64,000 nucleotides of DNA from an uncultured Candidatus Saccharibacteria bacterium. Its GTDB lineage: Bacteria; Patescibacteriota; Minisyncoccia; Minisyncoccales; JANBVM01. The stretch's first letter is position 1; each line of letters opens with the position of its first letter. Below the pieces are notes generated by a model. That model was not told the DNA's origin. It searched no databases and worked only from the letters and a program-made list of their open reading frames with translations. Shown in pieces: positions 31,725-40,716 of the stretch. Position numbers and translations under genes: made by a program. The stretch is taken from assembly GCA_964493485.1 (NCBI GenBank), contig CAZBMQ010000003.1:8468-72467 (forward strand), written 5' to 3'.

Positions 31725-32300
31725 TTAATCGATATCAATTAAGCCTGCTTTATTTATAGTAATAGTTCTGGTCTTTGAGTAATCTGTTTCTAAAGCAAAT
31801 GTAATCTTTGTCTCTGTACCATTGTCTGACTGAATCCTTTTTATTTTTATCACGGGGTCTGGAGGCCTGAAATTGATAGAAATCTGATTAGAATCTATAG
31901 AATCCATCTTTATATCTATAATCACCACCCCCTTTTCTAATTCTATTGTTTCTATCTCCTCTCCTGCGGTATAAATCTCATCTCCGTTCTCATCTGCATA
32001 CAAAATATAAGATGTATTATTGGGAGATGTATCTCTGAAATAAATCCCATAGCCCGGGGGAACTCCCCCTCCACATTCTTGGCATTCCATACCTGACATA
32101 GTTTTCTCTTGAGCAACCCTTATATCTTGAGAAACCTGGTGAACTGCTCTGTTTAATGAAAATTCTCTTTCTCCCATTCTATAGCTTGCCAGTACAAAAG
32201 TAGTCAAAATAATAATCATTCCTGAGACAACCAAAAGCTCTACCAAAGTGAATCCTTTATATCTTCTTTTTAAATCATATTTTTTTATTAATTCAAACAT
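31725..32300 (-). CDS. FimT/FimU/GspH-like minor pilin
   Basis: KG|FTLVELLVV; DIRVAQ; C-terminal ITINKAGLI. Confidence 0.8.
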   Translation of the reverse strand: MFELIKKYDLKRRYKGFTLVELLVVSGMIIILTTFVLASYRMGEREFSLNRAVHQVSQDIRVAQEKTMSGMECQECGGGVPPGYGIYFRDTSPNNTSYILYADENGDEIYTAGEEIETIELEKGVVIIDIKMDSIDSNQISINFRPPDPVIKIKRIQSDNGTETKITFALETDYSKTRTITINKAGLIDID

Positions 32301-32316
32301 TTACTTTTAAAATATA

Positions 32317-34845
32317 TTACGGAGAAATCTCACGCCATTGAGGAAGAGGAACTGTAACATACAACTTGTATGAAACCTGGTCTGATCTTCCATTTTGGTC
32401 AACAACTGAGAGGGTAACAAGACCTGAATTAGAGCTTAAAGCTTCAAATGTAGCTGAAGGATTTTGGGCGTTGCTTGTAGATGGAGTACCGTCTGTAAAT
32501 GTCCAGCTCCAAGAAGTAATAGGCCAGTAGCCGCCTGATGTGTTTTCAGAACCTGTGGAGGTGTCTTTGAAATACACCCTTGCTCCTTCTGATACCTTGA
32601 AACCATCACAGCTCTGCCAACCTGAGTCAGGTTTCAAGGAACATTCAAAGTCTGCGATGATGTCTTGGCTAACATAAAAATCATGAGTTGTGGCATCTGT
32701 CGAACCTGCTGTATCTTCAACCTCCAGTTCAGCATAATACCACTGACTGGCAGGCATATTGGCAGGTAAGGTTATATCACAAATTGCTTCATTTTGTCCT
32801 GAGGTCAACATATTATCTGTGCATACTGTATAATCCTCTTGATATGGGGTCCCTCCCTGATAAAAGATAGACCATGTAGAAGTGACAATATCGTTGTTAT
32901 CGTCTGGATCAAGATAGGATCTTTCATAACTATATGCTACTCCGCAGTTTGGACATTCAATATCAGAATTATAACTACCAGCTACAACATCAGGATAGCA
33001 TTCATTTTCATCTTGATATCTCACACATCCTACTGATACATTGCGGAATCCAAACAAAGCACTGCTGTCGCTGCCGGGATACTCAATATATATATCATAG
33101 TCCTTATCCATTGAAGAAGAACCAAAATATATATACACTGCTCCACAATCTGAACATTTTGCGTCAGAATAAGGAGCGCCTACCACCACATCATCATAGT
33201 TGTCTTTATTAATATCTTCTGCAAAAACTGCACTTCCAAAATCAATAAGATTTAAAAGAGAACCAGGTTCATTTCTTGGATATTCAAGATATACATCATA
33301 ATCGCTGTCCATTGAACTTCCTCCATAATATACATACACAGCTCCACAATAAGTGCATTTGACATCAGACCAATTGGCGCCAGAAATCACATCATCATAG
33401 CCATCATTATTTACATCTCCTGCAGCAACTGAAAAACCCAAATGAGCAATATCACTTCCTGGATATCTTAAATAAACATCATAATTGCCATCCATCGAAG
33501 AAGAACCATAATAAACAAATACAGCTCCACCGTCACTACACTCATAATCAGAAAGAGAAGCTCCCACTATTGCATCATCATAACCATCATTATTTACATC
33601 TCCTGCAGCAGCAGCTTCTCCCAATCTCGCAGTTGAATCATTCCAAGGATATTGAAGATATACATCAGAGGTAGCTGTGGCTGAAAGAAAAGCAGAGCCG
33701 AAATAAATATAAGCTGCACCACAGTCAGTGCACTTTGTATCATCAGTAAACGCTGTAACTATCACATCGTCAAAATTGTCATTATTAAAATCGCCAAAAT
33801 ACACTGATTTACCAAAATTTCCTATTAAAGAATCACTGTCTGTTCTTGAATACTCAAGATACACATCATAATCGCCATCCATTGGATTGCCTCCATAAAA
33901 AATATAAGCTGCCCCGCAATCAGTGCATTTTGCGTCAGATTTAGGAGCCCCAACAACTACATCATCATAGCCATCATTATTAATATCTCCACCTGAAAAC
34001 ACTATATAACCAAATTCTGAACCAGCATCATTTTTAGGATATTTAAGATATAGGTCTGGACTAGAAGTAGAGGGCATTGAATTAGAGCCATAAAAAACAT
34101 ATACAGCTCCGCTATCTGTGTAATCTGCATCAGCATAAGGAGCACCTACAATAATATCTTTGTAACCATCATTATTCAGATCTCCCGTAGCAGATACAGC
34201 AAGTCCATACTGAGAATTATCTGTCAAGGGATATTTAAGGTAGATATTGTGGACAGAATAAAAATCAGTAGATTGGTTTATTAAATTAAAAATACAGTCT
34301 TTATTGTATGTTCCCCATACACCGTTGCAAGCAGCGCCTTGACATAAAGAACCATCACAGGAAAAAGCAGCTGTGGGAGGAGTATTTTCTGGAGCTCCTC
34401 CTCCTTCACTTACATCAACTTCTTTAGCACAATTAGCCGGGCAGTTTCCCGGATCACCTGACCAATTTCCATCATTATCCTGTACCCTTAATTTGGCACA
34501 AAAAGTCCCTGTAGTAGTATAAGTATGTTTTACAGTATCGCTAGTGGTTGTTATTTTTGGAGAACCATCTCCAAAATCAAATTCATACTGAGTTATTGTG
34601 CCATCAGTATCATGACCTGACCCTGTAAATGTAACCTGTAATGGAGGCAAACCGTTAGCAGGAGTTCTTGATAAAGAATCGCAAACAGGAGGAATAGTAT
34701 ATCCTACTGTTACCTTTACATAATCTGTCGCTAAATCATAATCTATTGATATTACGGCTTTGACAGCAAAGCTCTTTAATAGAAAACTACCTATTATTAA
34801 CAAGAAGATGCTCCATATTAAATTCTTTGATTTCTTAAAAAACAT
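32317..34845 (-). CDS. Secreted PKD-scaffold adhesin with 7-bladed FG-GAP (integrin alpha-like) beta-propeller
   Basis: Signal peptide; PKD (YEFDFGDG..HTY..G.F..KLRVQD); seven GDxNxDGYxDxxVGAP-type repeats; C-terminal PKD (SWSWTFTDGTPSTS..QNP). Confidence 0.88.
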   Translation of the reverse strand: MFFKKSKNLIWSIFLLIIGSFLLKSFAVKAVISIDYDLATDYVKVTVGYTIPPVCDSLSRTPANGLPPLQVTFTGSGHDTDGTITQYEFDFGDGSPKITTTSDTVKHTYTTTGTFCAKLRVQDNDGNWSGDPGNCPANCAKEVDVSEGGGAPENTPPTAAFSCDGSLCQGAACNGVWGTYNKDCIFNLINQSTDFYSVHNIYLKYPLTDNSQYGLAVSATGDLNNDGYKDIIVGAPYADADYTDSGAVYVFYGSNSMPSTSSPDLYLKYPKNDAGSEFGYIVFSGGDINNDGYDDVVVGAPKSDAKCTDCGAAYIFYGGNPMDGDYDVYLEYSRTDSDSLIGNFGKSVYFGDFNNDNFDDVIVTAFTDDTKCTDCGAAYIYFGSAFLSATATSDVYLQYPWNDSTARLGEAAAAGDVNNDGYDDAIVGASLSDYECSDGGAVFVYYGSSSMDGNYDVYLRYPGSDIAHLGFSVAAGDVNNDGYDDVISGANWSDVKCTYCGAVYVYYGGSSMDSDYDVYLEYPRNEPGSLLNLIDFGSAVFAEDINKDNYDDVVVGAPYSDAKCSDCGAVYIYFGSSSMDKDYDIYIEYPGSDSSALFGFRNVSVGCVRYQDENECYPDVVAGSYNSDIECPNCGVAYSYERSYLDPDDNNDIVTSTWSIFYQGGTPYQEDYTVCTDNMLTSGQNEAICDITLPANMPASQWYYAELEVEDTAGSTDATTHDFYVSQDIIADFECSLKPDSGWQSCDGFKVSEGARVYFKDTSTGSENTSGGYWPITSWSWTFTDGTPSTSNAQNPSATFEALSSNSGLVTLSVVDQNGRSDQVSYKLYVTVPLPQWREISP
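32359..32667. repeat. 309-bp direct repeat, copy 1 (identical to 40762-41070)
   Basis: Base-by-base reading shows no mismatch; encodes the C-terminal PKD module. Confidence 0.95.
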
Positions 34846-34852
34846 AAAATCT

Positions 34853-35641
34853 CTATTTACATGTATTGGTATATTGAATAATAGCTCCTAATGCCAGCAC
34901 AGTGGTATGAGGACTATCAGCCCAACTTCCATTTTCTTTTTGACATTTTAAAATATTTTCAATCCATTCTTGCTTCACAGGAAACCCCGCATATCCAAGA
35001 AATAAAGCTCTTTCACAATATACATCTAAAAAAGCTATATTATTGCAAAAAATAGAAAAATCTTCTTGTTTCGTATCTTTATCCTCAGCTGCTATCAATT
35101 CTTTGGCTAATTCTTTCATTAATGGATCTAAAGTATTTCCATAGCATCCTTTTTCTTTCATTAAAGACAATGCGTGTAAAAGATGAATTGAATTATATCT
35201 TACATCCCTTTCTACTTCATTTATATCCTTTAACACTTCATTATAATCAATATTTTTGCAACACATAGCTTTTATTGTAATTCGTTCAAGTAAAGAAAAG
35301 AAGGATATTTCTTTTAGTAGCTCAGAGATATTCTGATTTCTACAAGAAGAATTGTAAAGCTCAAAAAAAAGCTTTTTGTTGCTATTTTCCTCTGCACTCT
35401 TTATCTTCCAAAGCTCCTCTAGTCTCTCATCATGGCATATTTTATTAAGTTTTTGAATTAAAAGAATTATTCCTACATCAAACTTTTTTTCTGTAGTTAA
35501 AAGAAAAACTATTCCTTTCTCAATTGCGCTGCTGCTTTGTCTCTTAAAGGGTTCCGAATAATTAATTACCAACCAAAACAATATTCCTAATATTAATAAT
35601 GGGCCTAAAAGTAAAAGTATGTGTTTTATTGTAAACTTCAT
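34853..35641 (-). CDS. Membrane-anchored alpha-helical protein, probably DUF4735/C16orf89-like, with a QW-type motif
   Basis: N-terminal TM; RYNSIHLLHAL..KGC, DVYCERALFLG, WIENILKCQKENGSW, SPHTTVLALGAI. Confidence 0.55.
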   Translation of the reverse strand: MKFTIKHILLLLGPLLILGILFWLVINYSEPFKRQSSSAIEKGIVFLLTTEKKFDVGIILLIQKLNKICHDERLEELWKIKSAEENSNKKLFFELYNSSCRNQNISELLKEISFFSLLERITIKAMCCKNIDYNEVLKDINEVERDVRYNSIHLLHALSLMKEKGCYGNTLDPLMKELAKELIAAEDKDTKQEDFSIFCNNIAFLDVYCERALFLGYAGFPVKQEWIENILKCQKENGSWADSPHTTVLALGAIIQYTNTCK

Positions 35642-35655
35642 TTTAATTTATTCTA

Positions 35656-37986
35656 CTAATACTGACATACACAATATCTCCAATAACCTGAGACAGATGC
35701 GTTACAACTTTGAGAGTATGAGCTATCTCTAGCCCAACATTCTTTGTTTCCCCATGCATCAGCTTTTACCATAGGCTGAGCTGCATTAACACCATTAGAA
35801 TGACAAAGAGAACATCCTCCTAGATTACAACAAACTGTACAATTATTATCGTCATTCCAATTAGCTTGTACACATCCACCGTAATTAGAACAAAGTCCTT
35901 CACATGTTCCTCCTTGAGCTGACATTCGCCAACAAGCCTTTCCTCCCTGCCCTGCACAGCCGTTACATCCATCATCATAGAAATACACATTCCCTTCACA
36001 TACCCTACAAACTCCCTGATAACATCTTGCATTACTTCCTGTGCACATATAATAATTACTTCCCCAATTTGAAGTAACATCAACATCGCATCTCCCAGAA
36101 CCACCACATGTTTTACATACTGCACATCCTATCTCAATGGTAGTTATACAACCATCTCCCACCTTATATGCTGTCTCTGCAATTGCAGTACCAGGAAATG
36201 CATACCAATCGCTATAACGAACTCTTCCTGCATCAGTACACTTACTGCTACCCGCCAAACAACCTCTATAATATCTTTGAGCTGAACAAGCATAGGTAAC
36301 ACAATCTATTGTTCTATCACAATAAATGCTTGATGAAGGATTTATTTCGCTCCCAGCACTACACACTTTTCCGGATGTCGAAAGATAGGCAATACTATCT
36401 CCTACATCAGGTCCTGCTGCACCTCCTGAACCGTCGCAAGCAAGTTTATCTCTTTTCTTTTGGCAAGCGCCAACACAACCATTGAATGAAGATAAACTAG
36501 AATAATAAGTATCTGAACCTGTAGCTTCCTGTCCCGCTCCTATACAAACATATCCTGCGGCAATATTTACAACATCATCCTCTCCTGTATCATATGCACA
36601 GTTATGAGAAGCATCACACCTTAATTTGTCTCTTTGCTTCTGACAGGTATAAGGAGAACCCTCACCTGTGCACGCGTTGAAATCAGAATATCCGCATACT
36701 GCAATGCCTGTTGTACCACAAGTATCAGTAAGTGTATATCCTTCTTGAGCATAAACTGCACGTGAATAAGCATCAGTATGGTCTGTGGGCGCTCTACAGC
36801 TTCCAGAACCGTTACAAGAGATAAACCACTCAGTAGCTGAACAATCCCCATCATCACAATCTTCATCATAATTACAATAAGCAGAAGGAGAAACTGGTGT
36901 CTCCTGTCCTGCCCCTGTACATACATAGCCTGACCTCACATAGGTTGTGGCACCTGAGGATTCGCAAGAACCAGCTCCATCACAATTACCAGTAGTCTGT
37001 CCAATTGTACATTCATTAATACAACTCATAGTAATGTCGCATTGGTTTCCGGGATCAGTACCGGCTGTCGCATATCCACAAGAACCATTTTGACAAGCGC
37101 GACAGATACCTGTACATCCTTCATGCTGTTCATTATTAGGCCAATTTTCACAACTCCCACTTACGCAATGAGTACAATCCCCTGTACAATTGACTCCTTC
37201 GTCCCCTGTATAAGGCACTGAGCTAGTGCTCACTCCATCACAATAATAACAAACACTACTCACCTCTATGTTTTGGTTCACTGGCCGCACGGTACAATAT
37301 CCATCTGAACCAATACCACTACAGGCTTCACAGTCTCCTGTACAAGGACCATCACAACACACCCCATCTACACAATATCCGGAAATACATTCACCCGAAG
37401 AACCGCAAGACTCTCCCAATGAAAGACCCGGCCTAGGACTAGAAACCATAATAGTTAAATGTTTGGTAGTAGGATCAATATAATCTGCAATATTGGTTGT
37501 AATATTGCCTAATAAAGTATCATCTATCTGCTGAGTAAAATCTTTACTATCCAATTCTTCCCAATTGTTTGTATTCCTGTTCCAAATATAAAAATAAGTA
37601 ACTGCATTCTGATCAATCCCTCCATATCCCTCCCATTCAAAATCTAACGAAGTAATATTATTTATGTTCTCGTTTATGGTAAATGTAAAGATATGAGTAT
37701 TCCATTGATTTGGTGGAGGAAGCAAAAGCTCCCATCTTGAATCATCGCTTGAAGAGATAGCATTATACTCTCCAGAGAGAGCTTCTGTATCATAGTCACT
37801 TGGATCTGATGGCTGACTTCCTTGTTTTCTATAAGCCCATTTGTCTACTCCAGCATTTGAAGAAAAATCATACATGCTTGTGGCTGCAAAAACCCTAAAA
37901 GAAAATCCAAATATGCCTAGAACAAATAAGACAAGAATTAGATAAATAATAACAATGTCAGTTTTGAATCTCAGAAATTTAAACAT
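35656..37986 (-). CDS. Secreted cysteine-rich repeat surface protein (776 aa)
   Basis: Signal/TM, beta-rich N-domain, GESC..C.SGYCVDGVCC module, internal repeats (GYVC.GAGQE, CQK.RDKL.CD), Cys-rich C-terminus. Confidence 0.8.
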   Translation of the reverse strand: MFKFLRFKTDIVIIYLILVLFVLGIFGFSFRVFAATSMYDFSSNAGVDKWAYRKQGSQPSDPSDYDTEALSGEYNAISSSDDSRWELLLPPPNQWNTHIFTFTINENINNITSLDFEWEGYGGIDQNAVTYFYIWNRNTNNWEELDSKDFTQQIDDTLLGNITTNIADYIDPTTKHLTIMVSSPRPGLSLGESCGSSGECISGYCVDGVCCDGPCTGDCEACSGIGSDGYCTVRPVNQNIEVSSVCYYCDGVSTSSVPYTGDEGVNCTGDCTHCVSGSCENWPNNEQHEGCTGICRACQNGSCGYATAGTDPGNQCDITMSCINECTIGQTTGNCDGAGSCESSGATTYVRSGYVCTGAGQETPVSPSAYCNYDEDCDDGDCSATEWFISCNGSGSCRAPTDHTDAYSRAVYAQEGYTLTDTCGTTGIAVCGYSDFNACTGEGSPYTCQKQRDKLRCDASHNCAYDTGEDDVVNIAAGYVCIGAGQEATGSDTYYSSLSSFNGCVGACQKKRDKLACDGSGGAAGPDVGDSIAYLSTSGKVCSAGSEINPSSSIYCDRTIDCVTYACSAQRYYRGCLAGSSKCTDAGRVRYSDWYAFPGTAIAETAYKVGDGCITTIEIGCAVCKTCGGSGRCDVDVTSNWGSNYYMCTGSNARCYQGVCRVCEGNVYFYDDGCNGCAGQGGKACWRMSAQGGTCEGLCSNYGGCVQANWNDDNNCTVCCNLGGCSLCHSNGVNAAQPMVKADAWGNKECWARDSSYSQSCNASVSGYWRYCVCQY

Positions 37987-38087
37987 TCTATTTTTGCTAA
38001 CAATAAGTTATAATAACTCTAATAATTTAATTATCATTTCTTTTTCGTAATTATATCACAATAACAAAAATCAAAAAACTTAATAAA

Positions 38088-39614
38088 ATGTTTTTGAAAA
38101 AGATTGAAAAACTAATATTCAGAATTGAAAATTCAAAAGTTCCTTTTGCTTATTTTTTATCTACATTCTTCTTTTTAATTATTTTTAGATATTTTTTAGA
38201 AATGTTCTCTACTGACTTTTTATTCTCTCCATCTGATTTTTATCATATTTTTCTTTTTTTTCTCTCATGTCTCTTAACATTTGTTTTATTGTTCCATTTC
38301 AGTACGAAAGAAAATATAGAAAAGATAGTACGGTTTCTTTTCCTCTCTTTTGGTGTTATACTTCTTACTCCATTATTAGATATAATTCTCACTAAAGGAA
38401 AAGGTTATAAAATGACATATATTCTTCCAGGAGTCCACAAAAATCTACTCTTAAGATTTCTCACTTTTGGGGGATCTTTTCACAAAGACGGTTTATCTCC
38501 TGGTATAAAAATAGAAGTAGGATTAATTCTGTTGGGATGCTTTGTTTATTTTTTAATAAAGAACAAAAATATCTTCAAAAGCTTATTTTTTACATTTTTT
38601 GCATATCTTATTATATTTTTATTTGGAATTGCCCCATTTTTAGCAAAAGCATTTCTGCAGTTATTTAATTTACAATACAGGTTTTCAGCTTCCTTGATGA
38701 TAAATTTTTATCTCTTACTGCTCTTTATTTTAAGTATATGGATATTCTATCTTTACAATAAAAAATTCTGTATAGAAATATTTAAAGACATAAGACCATT
38801 TAGATTATTACACTATGAACTGATGTTTATGTTGGGATTTGTAATAAGAGAGGTTTCTTTTATGGGAGATAAGGCTCAATTTTCACAAGAGCTTTTGTTT
38901 TCATGGATATTTATAATAATTGCAATAATGTATGCAGGTTTATTCTCTGGTATTACGAACAACTTAGCAGATTATGAAATAGATAAAATAAGCAACCCAA
39001 ACAGGCCTACAGTTGCTAATACCATTCCGATAAAGGAATATAAAATGCTTTCTGGTGTCTTCCTGATGCTCGCAATAATCTATTCTCTTGCAGCAAGTTA
39101 TATGAGTTTGTTTTTAATCTTATTATTAATAGGGAGCTACTTTTTATATTCAGTTCCACCCTTAAGATTAAAAAGAATCACATTTTTTTCAAAAATTCTT
39201 ATTTCTCTCAATGCAATCACAGTAATGATGCTTGGTTATAGTCTCAATAGCATTAATTACAGCATATTTCTTCCTTCTAAAATCATTTTCTTTTCTTTAA
39301 TATTTTTAACAGCCAGTATTAATTTCATTGATATTAAAGATTACAAGGGAGACAAAAAAGCAGGGATTAAAACCCTGCCGGTTATTCTTGGGTTAGAAAA
39401 AAGTAAAAAAGTCATTGGGCTGTTTTTTCTTATTTCTTATCTTGCTTTTTATTTTCTTTTAAAGGATAATTTCTTGCTGCCTTTTTTGATTTTATTTGGT
39501 ATTATTGAGTTTCTTCTTATCAATCGAAAAAAATATAACGAAAAACCAGTATTTTTGGTTTATTTATTAAGTGTAATCTCATTAATTATCTATCTCCTTT
39601 TTTTTAACTTTTAA
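38088..39614 (+). CDS. UbiA-family prenyltransferase with extra N-terminal multi-TM domain
   Basis: NNLADYEIDKISNPNRP and DIKDYKGDKKAG Asp-rich motifs, YSVPPLRLK. Confidence 0.88.
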   Translation: MFLKKIEKLIFRIENSKVPFAYFLSTFFFLIIFRYFLEMFSTDFLFSPSDFYHIFLFFLSCLLTFVLLFHFSTKENIEKIVRFLFLSFGVILLTPLLDIILTKGKGYKMTYILPGVHKNLLLRFLTFGGSFHKDGLSPGIKIEVGLILLGCFVYFLIKNKNIFKSLFFTFFAYLIIFLFGIAPFLAKAFLQLFNLQYRFSASLMINFYLLLLFILSIWIFYLYNKKFCIEIFKDIRPFRLLHYELMFMLGFVIREVSFMGDKAQFSQELLFSWIFIIIAIMYAGLFSGITNNLADYEIDKISNPNRPTVANTIPIKEYKMLSGVFLMLAIIYSLAASYMSLFLILLLIGSYFLYSVPPLRLKRITFFSKILISLNAITVMMLGYSLNSINYSIFLPSKIIFFSLIFLTASINFIDIKDYKGDKKAGIKTLPVILGLEKSKKVIGLFFLISYLAFYFLLKDNFLLPFLILFGIIEFLLINRKKYNEKPVFLVYLLSVISLIIYLLFFNF

Positions 39615-39621
39615 ACTCTTA

Positions 39622-40617
39622 TTAGGGTTTACAGCAATATACTTGAAAAAAATGATCAGCAGAACCTGAGGGAGTAATATATACTCCTTTCACATAATAT
39701 CCATCATTACATAGATGGGTGCCAGTAGAAGGATTAGAGGGTTCCCAATAACAATCGCTTGTTCCTAAATTTCCATGGATCACACCGGGACCCGTCACAC
39801 TTAAATCTCCTTCGTCAGACATCAAAATATGTGTTGTTTGAGGACACTGAACATTTTGTACCTCAAACTCACTAGAACCATATAGTCCACCGCCGAAATT
39901 GAATCGATCCCAGCATTTTGTTCCAATAGGTTCTGTGGCCAAATCACACTGAGAACATTCAAATCCAGAACCTGTATCGCAGGCGCATTGAGGACTCTCT
40001 AAACCCATAGATGAATTGCCCGTGGAAACATAACCTTTTTGGGTAGCATCTTTTGTTCCCTTTAAATCAAATTTAGCAGTAGGATTGGTTGTCCCAATAC
40101 CTAAACGTTTATTTGTATTATCCCAATATAAATTAGAATCTGAAGTAATGCTGTTCCCGCTATTAAAAAATGCAATTCTGTTGGCACTTCCGCTTCCCTC
40201 AATAGTACCCTTATCATCTGCGCAAATCCAGTTGTTGTTTGCGCTATCATATTTTAATATCTGATTGTTGCTACAATAAGCACCCGACGGTTGAATACCT
40301 CTTAGTCTGCCTTCTATAAAAACATCGCCTGAAGTCTTGATGCCCATTGGATTGCTTGCAGTGCCCACTGTTAAACCATAGGAGGAATCATAAGTCTCTC
40401 CTTCTGGAATTGAAATACCAAGCCATCCTTTATTGCTGTCATTAACATATCTCTTAACCTGACCAGTTCCTGTGGCATTTAGAGGAGGTGCCACATTACC
40501 TCCAGGCGGGTTTTGAGAAGGACCTGTCCAAGCAAAAATATATAAAACAGAAAGCAAAGAAAATATCAATACACCAATGCTAATAGGTATTAATTGGTTT
40601 TTGGTTTTCATATTCAT
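39622..40617 (-). CDS. Secreted fibre-like protein (CPR AWT.P...PP.GN family)
   Basis: AWTGPSQNPPGGNVAPPLN after the signal peptide; LYWDNTNKRLGIGTTNP tail-fibre-like motif; C-terminal CNDGYYVKG..YCCKP; start ATG 40617 or 40611. Confidence 0.7.
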   Translation of the reverse strand: MNMKTKNQLIPISIGVLIFSLLSVLYIFAWTGPSQNPPGGNVAPPLNATGTGQVKRYVNDSNKGWLGISIPEGETYDSSYGLTVGTASNPMGIKTSGDVFIEGRLRGIQPSGAYCSNNQILKYDSANNNWICADDKGTIEGSGSANRIAFFNSGNSITSDSNLYWDNTNKRLGIGTTNPTAKFDLKGTKDATQKGYVSTGNSSMGLESPQCACDTGSGFECSQCDLATEPIGTKCWDRFNFGGGLYGSSEFEVQNVQCPQTTHILMSDEGDLSVTGPGVIHGNLGTSDCYWEPSNPSTGTHLCNDGYYVKGVYITPSGSADHFFQVYCCKP

Positions 40618-40716
40618 ATATTTTTCAATCAGCTTCCCCAAATAAGATAAGGCTCTTATTAGGGTTTGCTATTGTTAATTATTTTTTATTAAATTAATTT
40701 TTACCTTTGAAAGAAA

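Noticed and set aside
33000-34260. Periodic DNA similarity as a CRISPR or non-coding repeat array
   Set aside because: Degenerate in-frame FG-GAP coding repeats; no identical repeats with unique spacers and no cas genes
39622-40617. Shufflon-type inversion system for the fibre-like gene
   Set aside because: No recombinase, inverted sfx-like repeats or alternative 3' cassettes are visible; only a direct repeat was found
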